The position numbers and the translations under genes were made by a program. Below, in pieces: positions 44,401 to 51,937 of a DNA stretch of 64,000 nt. The DNA is from an uncultured Pseudomonadota bacterium. Lineage in GTDB: Bacteria; Myxococcota_A; Polyangia; Fen-1088. The notes beneath the pieces are model-generated. The model saw only the letters and a list, made by a program, of their open reading frames with translations. It searched no databases and was not told the DNA's origin. Positions within the stretch are counted from its first letter, which is position 1. Each line of letters begins with the position of its first letter. The DNA is taken from assembly GCA_963847705.1 (NCBI GenBank), contig CAWKBC010000010.1, positions 96,001-160,000 of the forward strand, read 5' to 3'.

Positions 44401-44918
44401 TGTCGAACTCGATCATCATCAAGGGGGCGCGCTCTCCGGAGCGCCTCTTGGACGAGGTGACGCTCTTCCTGCACCAGGTGGAATCGGAGCTCCCTCCCGA
44501 TCGACAGCGGATGCTCAAGGATGCTCGACATCGCGAGGCGGTCTTCGAGGGGAAGCGGGTGCTCGTCGTGGAGGACGACGTTCGCAACATCTTCGCGCTG
44601 TCGAGCGTGCTCGAACCGCGTGGCGCCAAGGTCGAGATCGCGCGCAACGGCAAGGAGGCGGTCGCGCATCTCGAGAAGAGCCCGGGCGTCGATCTGATCT
44701 TGATGGACGTGATGATGCCCGAGATGGACGGATTGGAGGCCACCCGCCTCATCCGCCAGCGGCCGGACAGCGCCACGGTTCCCATCATCGCGCTGACGGC
44801 CAAGGCCATGCTCGACGACCGCGACCAGTGTCTGGCCGCCGGGGCCAACGACTACATCGCCAAGCCGCTCGACGTCGACAAGCTGCTCTCGCTGGCGCGG
44901 GTCTGGATGCCCAAGTGA
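41496..44918 (+). CDS. Hybrid sensor kinase CHASE3-GAF-coiled coil-HisKA-HATPase-3xREC
   Basis: DAETGQRGFLLTG (CHASE3), EELQTQQEELRVQNEELEQQ, MSHELRTPLN, GGTGLGL, three receiver domains. Confidence 0.95.
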   Translation: MPPAPGPPKPPDAHTPRDALRSGFLRSSLPPRTQAGFVAATLAVFLIAFLSYRSFTQRAEGARLVAHTLEVTAHLEVILSTFQDAETGQRGFLLTGDGHYLEPYDQAVATFDGELLRLRAAIADNPQQLERFDALDRNGRSKMAELKQTIDLRRAGRAEAALELVKTDRGKRYMDEIRAEVAAMKEAERRLLDARTQDLAAASSFVIEVVWGGSALLLFLIAAAAALSSKDFFEQRVQGWLRTGQSEMAVAMQGVELTAGLGERVAAFLGRYLDAQIGAVYFAPSAGALERVGAYALPEGAETGGPAGLTKQAYAENRTIKTEEVPSDFFPVNSGLGKSRARHLVVTPTTADGFPNGALELGFFGSVRPHDLELLARLSEPIGLALRATKDRSELKNLLEETQRQAEELQTQQEELRVQNEELEQQSNTLQSSQARLENQQVELEQINFNLEEQTQALERQRDHLARAQADLQRASAYKSEFLANMSHELRTPLNSTLILAKLLGENRDGNLNPEQIKFADTIYSAGNDLLTLINDILDLSKIEAGKLDVRPEEIALPRLRDELADIFRPVARDKGIELTATIETDVPATMVTDSTRLQQVLKNLLSNALKFTDRGGVELRVRRVAGARIAFDVKDTGIGIPREQHEVIFEAFRQADGTTNRKYGGTGLGLSISRDLARLLGGELTLDSAPGRGSTFTLVLPERLASSEVPNATPPVSRPSPGALPNDRATASARPSAAPTQGEADPMSGGRIILIVEDDPKFAGVLQALARELDFQTVVATTGEQGLAMAERYRPSAIVLDVGLPDRSGLSVLDTLKHRSTTRHIPVHVVSATDHTQTALEMGALGYAIKPVEREELVGALKRLETKFTQRLRRILIVEDDDVARESTCHLLAGPDVETVAVGDAAAALAALETATFDCMVLDLSLPDRSGLELLDEMSKTERYAFPPVIVYTGRSLSRPEEQELRKLSNSIIIKGARSPERLLDEVTLFLHQVESELPPDRQRMLKDARHREAVFEGKRVLVVEDDVRNIFALSSVLEPRGAKVEIARNGKEAVAHLEKSPGVDLILMDVMMPEMDGLEATRLIRQRPDSATVPIIALTAKAMLDDRDQCLAAGANDYIAKPLDVDKLLSLARVWMPK

Positions 44919-45763
44919 TCGACAAGATCGCCACCGATTCCAGCGGCGACGACGGGCAGGAGGATCGTGAGCTGGTCCATCTGCTCGACGCCGTGTTCCA
45001 CAAGTACCACTACGACTTCCGCAGGTACGCGGCCGCCTCTTTGAAGCGCCGGGTGCGCGCCGCCCTGATCCAGTTTCGCTGCGAGAGCGTGACCGCCCTG
45101 GAAGAACGTATGCTGCAGGATCCCAAGACCTTCACCGGGCTCCTCCGCTACCTGACCGTACAGGTGAGCGATCTCTTCCGCGATCCCCAGTATTTCCGGG
45201 CCATCCGGGAGAGGATCGTCCCCTACCTCGAGACCTATCCTTCGCTGAAGGTCTGGGTGGCCGGGTGCGCGACCGGAGAGGAGGCCTATTCGCTGGCCAT
45301 TCTGTTGGCCGAGGAGGGGCTGCTCGAAAGGACGCTGATCTATGCCACCGACATCAACTCGGAATCGCTGCGGACCGCGGAGGCCGGAATCTTCGATGTC
45401 GAGCGGTTCTCGCGCTTCAGCGAGAACTATCTGGCGGCCGGTGGGAAGGGCTCGCTCTCCGACTACTACACCGCGCGGTACTCCTCGGCGGTGCTCGACC
45501 GCCGACTCAAGAAGTCGATCCTCTTCTCCGACCACAGCCTGGCGACCGACAGCGCGTTCGCCGAGGTCCAGCTGGTCTCCTGCCGCAACGTGCTGATTTA
45601 CTTCAATCGCGAGCTGCAAGAGCGCGCGGTCGGGGTTCTTCGTGAATCGCTCTGCCGCCGTGGTTTCCTGGGGCTCGGCAGCAGGGAGTCCTTGAGATTT
45701 TCCCACCACGGGCCAGCCTTCCGTGAGCTGGTGGCGGAAGAGCGCCTCTACCAGCTGTTGTAA
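44915..45763 (+). CDS. cheR: CheR-type methyltransferase (receptor-less cassette)
   Basis: YHYDFRRYA.ASL, VQVSDLFRDP, WVAGCATGEEAYS, CRNVLIYF. Confidence 0.92.
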   Translation: MIDKIATDSSGDDGQEDRELVHLLDAVFHKYHYDFRRYAAASLKRRVRAALIQFRCESVTALEERMLQDPKTFTGLLRYLTVQVSDLFRDPQYFRAIRERIVPYLETYPSLKVWVAGCATGEEAYSLAILLAEEGLLERTLIYATDINSESLRTAEAGIFDVERFSRFSENYLAAGGKGSLSDYYTARYSSAVLDRRLKKSILFSDHSLATDSAFAEVQLVSCRNVLIYFNRELQERAVGVLRESLCRRGFLGLGSRESLRFSHHGPAFRELVAEERLYQLL

Positions 45764-45768
45764 AACCG

Positions 45769-46359
45769 ATGGGAGCGAACGAAATCGAAGCGATCGTGAT
45801 GGGGGGTTCGAGCGGAGCGCTGGAGGCGCTGTCGACCCTTCTCCCGGCGTTGCCGGCTCACTGCCCGCTGCCGGTGGCGATCGTCGTTCACCTGCCGCCG
45901 TCCCGGCCGAGTCACCTGGCCCAGGTCCTGGGCGCCCGGACGGTTCTCCCGGTGCGCGAGGTGGAGGACAAGGAGCCGATCGCCGCCGGCACCGTCTACG
46001 TGGCCCCTCCCAATTATCATCTGCTCATCGAACGAACCAGGACGTTTTCCCTCTCGGCGGACGAGCCGGTCCTTTTCTCGCGTCCGGCCATCGACGTCCT
46101 GTTCGAGTCGGCGGCCGACGCCTACGGCAACCACCTGGCCGGGATCCTCCTCACCGGCGCCAGCGCAGACGGCGCGCGGGGGCTCTCGGCCGTCAAGCGG
46201 CGGGGCGGCATCGCCATCGTTCAATCACCGGACGGCGCGGTCGCCCCGGAGATGCCGCGGGCTGCGCTCGCGATGGTGGAGGCGGACCACGTCCTGTCGG
46301 TCAAAGATCTCGCTTCGCTGCTGGGACGACTCGCCCGAGGAGAGAAGGAATCCAGATGA
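45769..46359 (+). CDS. cheB: CheB-type methylesterase, catalytic domain only
   Basis: GGSSGA, VVHLPP, APPNYHLL, SRPAIDVLFESAA, LTGASADG; no REC domain. Confidence 0.92.
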   Translation: MGANEIEAIVMGGSSGALEALSTLLPALPAHCPLPVAIVVHLPPSRPSHLAQVLGARTVLPVREVEDKEPIAAGTVYVAPPNYHLLIERTRTFSLSADEPVLFSRPAIDVLFESAADAYGNHLAGILLTGASADGARGLSAVKRRGGIAIVQSPDGAVAPEMPRAALAMVEADHVLSVKDLASLLGRLARGEKESR

Positions 46360-47813
46360 CTCGAGAGACGGTCAAATTTCTGCTGGTCGACGACACCGAG
46401 GAGAACTTGGTGGCGCTGGAGGCGCTCTTGCGGCGCGAGGGGCTGGAGGTCCTCAAGGCGCGCTCGGGCGCCCAGGCCCTGGAGATGTTGCTGGTTCACG
46501 AGGTGGCGCTGGCCATCCTCGACGTCCAGATGCCCGACATGGATGGCTTCGAGCTGGCCGAGCTGATGCGGGGGATGGAACGCACCAAGCATGTGCCGAT
46601 CATCTTCCTCACGGCCGGCACGCAGGATCCCCAGCGCGTCTTCAAAGGCTACGAGGCGGGGGCCGTCGACTTCCTCTTCAAGCCGGTCGATCCGCGCGTG
46701 CTGAAGAGCAAGGCCGACGTCTTCTTTCAGCTCCACCAGCAGAAGATCGAGCTGGCCAGCAACCTGCGGATGAACGAGATGTTCGTGGGGATCCTGGGGC
46801 ACGACCTGCGCAACCCGCTGAACGCCATCATGACCAGCGCCCAGCTGCTGGAGCGACGTCTGGCCGACGATGGTCAGCTGCGCCCGCTGCGGAGGATGGT
46901 CTCCTCGGCCGGGCGGATGAAGGACATGATCGAGCAGCTCCTCGATCTCACCCGCGCCCGCCTGGGGGGCGGTCTGGGATTCGTCCGCAGCCGCCGCCGC
47001 CTCGACGTCGCCGAGCTGGTCAACCGGGCCGCCGACGAGCTGCGCGCGACGGCGCCCGAGCGGCAGGTCTCCGTCTCGGGCGCGGGGGACTGCCACACCG
47101 CCGGCGACTCCACCCGCCTCTTGCAACTGTTCTCCAACCTTCTCTCCAACGCGCTTCATCACGGGACGGCGGGTACGCCGGTCTCCGTGACGATCGATGG
47201 CTCGGGCGAGGAGATCGTGGTCGTCGTCCAGAACGAAGGCGCCATTCCGCCCGACCTGCTGCCACAGATCTTCGATCCCTTCCGGGGCGCCCGGACGCTG
47301 TCCGGCTCGCAGGGCCTTGGCCTGGGACTCTTCATCTCGCAGCAGATCGTCGCGGCGCACGGGGGGACGATCAGCGTGGCGTCGACCGCGGAGGCCGGCA
47401 CCGCGTTCCGGGTGCAGCTTCCCAAGCTGGCCGCCGTCACCCGGGCGCAGGGCGAAGTGGCCAGGCGGGTCCTGGTGGTCGAGGACGACGACAACATTCG
47501 GGACTCGTTGCGAGAGGCGCTGGAGGACGCCGGCTACGAGGCCGAGACCGCGGCCGACGGCCAGCGGGCGCTCGACCGCCTGACCGACGGGTCTCCGCAC
47601 CCGCATGTGGTGATCCTCGACCTGGTGATGCCGGTCCTGGACGGCCACCGCGTCTACCAGGCGATGCAATCGGACGAGGCGCTGGCGCGGATCCCCGTCA
47701 TCGTTTCCACCTCCAACCCCTCCCGCGCCCCGCGAGGTGCCCTGATGGTGTCGAAGCCGATCCGGTTGGAGCGGCTGCTCGAAACCGTGGCCAGCTTGTC
47801 GAAGCCGCTCTGA
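46356..47813 (+). CDS. Hybrid kinase REC-HisKA-HATPase-REC
   Basis: LLVDDTEEN, ILDVQMPDMDG, GHDLRNPL, NLLSNALHH, GLGLGLFI, C-terminal REC. Confidence 0.92.
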   Translation: MTRETVKFLLVDDTEENLVALEALLRREGLEVLKARSGAQALEMLLVHEVALAILDVQMPDMDGFELAELMRGMERTKHVPIIFLTAGTQDPQRVFKGYEAGAVDFLFKPVDPRVLKSKADVFFQLHQQKIELASNLRMNEMFVGILGHDLRNPLNAIMTSAQLLERRLADDGQLRPLRRMVSSAGRMKDMIEQLLDLTRARLGGGLGFVRSRRRLDVAELVNRAADELRATAPERQVSVSGAGDCHTAGDSTRLLQLFSNLLSNALHHGTAGTPVSVTIDGSGEEIVVVVQNEGAIPPDLLPQIFDPFRGARTLSGSQGLGLGLFISQQIVAAHGGTISVASTAEAGTAFRVQLPKLAAVTRAQGEVARRVLVVEDDDNIRDSLREALEDAGYEAETAADGQRALDRLTDGSPHPHVVILDLVMPVLDGHRVYQAMQSDEALARIPVIVSTSNPSRAPRGALMVSKPIRLERLLETVASLSKPL

Positions 47814-47864
47814 GATCACGTCGATTGCCCGCCGCGCCCGCACCGGCGTGGCTAGTTTGAGACC

Positions 47865-49751
47865 ATGGTTGAGCAGGCCGAGCGACGACGGTTTCCCATC
47901 GGAGCTGAGCTCCAGGCTGGTCAGGCCCATCTGCGCGTCTGGGCGCCGAAGTGTCGCCGCGTGGCGGTGGTGATCGACGGGTCGGCCCGCCCCGAGATCG
48001 CGCTTCCCGCCGAGGGGAACGGATACTTCTCCGGTTCGGCGGCCGGGTTGGGCGGCGGGGGACGGTATCGGTTTCGTCTGGACGACCAGGAGAAGCTCTA
48101 TCCCGACCCCGCCTCGCGCTTTCAACCCGAGGGACCGGGCGGACCGTCGGAGGTGATCGAGCCGCGCGCGTTCGTCTGGCGGGACGACGACTGGCGCGGC
48201 GTCTCGTCGCGCGGTCAGGTCATCTACGAGCTGCACGTGGGGACCTTCACCCCGGAGGGGACCTACGCGGCGGCGGCCGAACGGCTGCAGTCGCTGGGCG
48301 CGCTGGGCGTCACGCTCATCGAGCTGATGCCGCTGGCCGATGCCCCGGGGCGGTTCGGCTGGGGATACGACGGCGTCAATCTGTGGGCGCCGAACCGTCT
48401 CTACGGTCGGCCGGACGACCTCCGCCGCTTCGTGGCCGCCGCGCACGCCCTCGGCATCGGTGTGATTCTGGACGTGGTCTACAACCACATCGGACCCAAC
48501 GAGAACTACCTGGAGTGCTTCTCGTCGGGCTATTTCACCGATCGCTACCAGAACGAGTGGGGCGGCGCGATCAACTTCGACGGGAACAACGCCACGCCGT
48601 CGCGCGAGTTCTTCATCGAGAACGCCGGCTACTGGATCGACGAGTTTCACCTCGATGGCCTCCGCCTCGACGCCACCCAGGCGATGTTCGACGCCTCCGA
48701 TGACCACGTCCTGGCGGCGATCGGCCGCCGCGTGCGCGCGGCAGCCAGAGGACGGGGGACCTACATCGTGTCGGAGAATGAGCCCCAGGAGACTCGCCTG
48801 GTGCGGGCGCCGGAGGGGCCGCCGGATGAGCGCGGCTACGGGCTCGACGCGCTCTGGAACGACGACTTCCACCACACGGCGCTGGTCGCGCTCACCGGAC
48901 ACAACGAGGCCTACTACACCGACTACCGTGGGACCCCGCAGGAGCTGCTGTCGGCGATCCGGTGGGGGTTTCTCTATCAGGGCCAACATTACAAATGGCA
49001 GAAGCGGCCACGGGGAACGCCGGCCCTCGATCTGGCCGCGGAGCGTTTCGTGCTCTATCTCGAGAACCACGACCAGGTCGCCAACTCCGGGCTCGGGGCG
49101 CGGCTCTCCATGCTCACCGCGCCGGACCAGCTTCGCGCGATGACGGCGCTCCTGCTGCTGGCGCCAGGGACGCCGATGCTGTTCCAGGGACAGGAGTTCG
49201 GATCGACGCGTCCGTTCGTCTACTTCGCCGACCACGACGACGAGCTGGCGCGCGCCGTGGCCAAGGGGCGTCGGGAGTTCCTGGCCCAGTTCCCGTCGCT
49301 GGCCGACCCGGAGGTCCAGCGGCGCATCCCCGATCCCGCCGCGCCCGACACCTTCGCGTCGTGCAAGCTCGACTGGAGCGAACGCGAAAGGCACGCGCAT
49401 CTCTGGGACCTTCATCGCGATCTTCTGCGCCTGCGGCGCGAGGACCCGGCCTTCGCGGCGCAGGACCTGACCCGTCTCTTGACGGCGGTGCTCGGCGCCG
49501 AGGCGATGCTGCTCCGCTACCGGTGCGCCTCGGGCGATCGGCTGCTGCTGGTCAACCTGGGGACCGACCTCCACCTCGACGTCGCGCCCGAGCCGCTGCT
49601 GGCGCCGCCGCTCGGCGCCCGCTGGCGGACGCTCTGGTCCAGCGAGGAGCCGCGCTACGGCGGTCGAGGGACGGCCCCTCTCGAGGCCGAGGACGGATTT
49701 CACCTCCCGGGGCACGCCGCGGTGGTTCTGACCGCGGAGGTGCGCGCGTGA
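47865..49751 (+). CDS. treZ: Malto-oligosyltrehalose trehalohydrolase
   Basis: PDPASRFQPEG, YELHVGTFT, WGYDGV, DGLRLDAT, WNDDFHH, ENHDQVAN, MLFQGQE. Confidence 0.93.
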   Translation: MVEQAERRRFPIGAELQAGQAHLRVWAPKCRRVAVVIDGSARPEIALPAEGNGYFSGSAAGLGGGGRYRFRLDDQEKLYPDPASRFQPEGPGGPSEVIEPRAFVWRDDDWRGVSSRGQVIYELHVGTFTPEGTYAAAAERLQSLGALGVTLIELMPLADAPGRFGWGYDGVNLWAPNRLYGRPDDLRRFVAAAHALGIGVILDVVYNHIGPNENYLECFSSGYFTDRYQNEWGGAINFDGNNATPSREFFIENAGYWIDEFHLDGLRLDATQAMFDASDDHVLAAIGRRVRAAARGRGTYIVSENEPQETRLVRAPEGPPDERGYGLDALWNDDFHHTALVALTGHNEAYYTDYRGTPQELLSAIRWGFLYQGQHYKWQKRPRGTPALDLAAERFVLYLENHDQVANSGLGARLSMLTAPDQLRAMTALLLLAPGTPMLFQGQEFGSTRPFVYFADHDDELARAVAKGRREFLAQFPSLADPEVQRRIPDPAAPDTFASCKLDWSERERHAHLWDLHRDLLRLRREDPAFAAQDLTRLLTAVLGAEAMLLRYRCASGDRLLLVNLGTDLHLDVAPEPLLAPPLGARWRTLWSSEEPRYGGRGTAPLEAEDGFHLPGHAAVVLTAEVRA

Positions 49752-51874
49752 GCGCCGCTGGCGGCTCGGACCGGCAGGGCGTCGCAGCGCCGCCAATCAC
49801 GCGGCCGGTGCGGATCGGCTGGCGGCGCGGCGACGCGGCCGAGGCGCTGGTCAGCCGCGAGTGGCTCCTCACCAACGGGCTGGGCGGCTATGCCTGCGGC
49901 ACCGTCGGCGGGGTGCTCACGCGGCGCTACCACAGCCTGCTGGTCGCCGCCCTCCCCGCGCCTGCCGGGCGCACCACCCTCCTCAACCAGCTGGGCGAGA
50001 CGCTGCACCTCGCCGACGGCACGGTCATCGCGCTCGGCGGGTTCGAGCCGGGCAACGGACAGCTCTTGCTCCCCGAGGCGCTGGTCGAGTTCCGGCTCGA
50101 CAACGGCCGCCCCGTCTGGAGGTTCGAGCAGGCCGGCGTGGCGCTGGAGAAGCGGATCGTGCTGACCCACCACCAGAACACCACCCGGATCGTCTACCGG
50201 TTGCTCGAGGGGTCGGCACCCGCGAAGCTGGTGCTGGAACCGGCGGTCGATTTTCGCGGTCATGACGACCGCGTGGATCGGGGCGGCGCCGCCAGCGATT
50301 ACACCATCGCCGCCGGCCGCAACGGCGTCCAGATCGCGCAGGCGAGCCGGTCCCTGCCCCCGCTGCATCTAACCACGCACACCGTGAACGGCCACGTCCC
50401 CTTCGTGCCGCGGCCCCGCGACCTCGCCCTGCACTACCGGGTCGAGCAGGCGCGCGGCTACGAGAGCCGCGGCGAGCTGCACGCGCTGGGCATCTTCGAG
50501 CTGAAGCTCTCGCCCGGCCAGGAGGCGGTCTTGACCGCCTCGACCGAGAGCTGGGACGCCATCCATGCCCTCGACGCGACCGAGGCCACGCGCCTCGACG
50601 ACCAGCGCCGCCTGCGCCTGCTGGCCGAGGCCCATCCGCGCCTGCGACAGGGGCTGGGGGCCGAGCTGGTCCTGGCCGCCGACCAGTTCGTCATCAGCCC
50701 CCACGTCCGGCCGCGCGACGAGGCGCGCCTCCGCGCCGAAGGGGACGACGCCCGCACCGTCATCGCCGGATACCACTGGTTCACCGACTGGGGGCGCGAC
50801 ACCATGATCAGCCTCGAGGGGCTGACCTTGCTGACCGGCCGGGCCACCGAGGGGCGCGACGTGCTGCAGACCTTCGCCCACCACATCCGCGACGGGCTCA
50901 TCCCCAACCTCTTTCCGGAGGCGAAGACCGAGGGGCTCTACCACACGGCCGACGCCACCCTCTGGTTCTTCCACGCCCTACACCGCTACGAGGAGGCGGC
51001 CGGGGAGCGCGAAACCCGCTGGTCGCTCCTCCCTCAGCTGGTGGAGGTGGCCCAGAAGCACTTCGCCGGCACGCGGTTCGGGATCGGCGTCGACCACAGC
51101 GACGGCCTCTTGCGCCAGGGCGCCGAGGGCTACCAGCTCACCTGGATGGACGCCAAGGTGGGCGACTGGGTGGTGACCCCGCGGCGCGGCAAGGCGGTCG
51201 AGATCAACGCGCTCTTCTACAACGCGCTTCGCCTGCTCGCGCAGTGGTTGAAAGAGGAAGAGAGCGGCGCGCAGGGCCCCGCCCGCCAGCTCGGGTTGCA
51301 CGCCGCCGACGTCGACGCGCGCGCCGATCGCTTGCAACAGACCTTCAACCGCCGGTTCTGGAACCCCGCCGCCAACTGTCTCTACGACGTGGTCGACGCA
51401 CAGGACGGCCCCCACGCCGGCGGCGCCGATCCCAGCATTCGCCCCAATCAATTGCTGGCCATCTCCCTGCCCCACCCGATCCTCGAGCGCGCCCGCTGGG
51501 AGGCGGTGCTGACCGTGGTGCGCGAGCAGCTGGTGACGCCCTTCGGTCTCCGATCGCTGGCGCCCGGGCTCCCCGACTACAAGCCCCGGTACGACGGCGA
51601 TCTGCGCGCGCGCGACGCCGCCTACCACCAGGGGACCGTCTGGGGCTGGCTGATCGGCCCGTTCGTCGACGCCTGGCTCAAGACGTTTCCCGACGATCGC
51701 GCCGGCGCCCGCCGCTTTCTGGTCGGCCTCGAGAAGGAGCTCTCGGAGGCCTGCCTGGGAACCATCAGCGAGATCTTCGACGCGGAGCCCCCCTTCAATC
51801 CACGCGGCTGTGTCGCGCAGGCCTGGAGCGTCGCCGAGGCGATGCGCGCCATCGTGGCCAGCGGCCAGGAGTGA
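49748..51874 (+). CDS. Amylo-alpha-1,6-glucosidase (GDE_N plus GDE_C)
   Basis: EWLLTNGLGGYA, TRRYHSLL, IAGYHWFTDWGRDTMI, LTWMDAKV, RPNQL, YHQGTVW, AQAWSVAE. Confidence 0.93.
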   Translation: MSAAGGSDRQGVAAPPITRPVRIGWRRGDAAEALVSREWLLTNGLGGYACGTVGGVLTRRYHSLLVAALPAPAGRTTLLNQLGETLHLADGTVIALGGFEPGNGQLLLPEALVEFRLDNGRPVWRFEQAGVALEKRIVLTHHQNTTRIVYRLLEGSAPAKLVLEPAVDFRGHDDRVDRGGAASDYTIAAGRNGVQIAQASRSLPPLHLTTHTVNGHVPFVPRPRDLALHYRVEQARGYESRGELHALGIFELKLSPGQEAVLTASTESWDAIHALDATEATRLDDQRRLRLLAEAHPRLRQGLGAELVLAADQFVISPHVRPRDEARLRAEGDDARTVIAGYHWFTDWGRDTMISLEGLTLLTGRATEGRDVLQTFAHHIRDGLIPNLFPEAKTEGLYHTADATLWFFHALHRYEEAAGERETRWSLLPQLVEVAQKHFAGTRFGIGVDHSDGLLRQGAEGYQLTWMDAKVGDWVVTPRRGKAVEINALFYNALRLLAQWLKEEESGAQGPARQLGLHAADVDARADRLQQTFNRRFWNPAANCLYDVVDAQDGPHAGGADPSIRPNQLLAISLPHPILERARWEAVLTVVREQLVTPFGLRSLAPGLPDYKPRYDGDLRARDAAYHQGTVWGWLIGPFVDAWLKTFPDDRAGARRFLVGLEKELSEACLGTISEIFDAEPPFNPRGCVAQAWSVAEAMRAIVASGQE

Positions 51875-51937
51875 CCCCAGGAGCCCTTAACGATTGACCC
51901 TCGTCCCGTCCGAGGTAGGTTGGGGGCGGTTTTCTCA

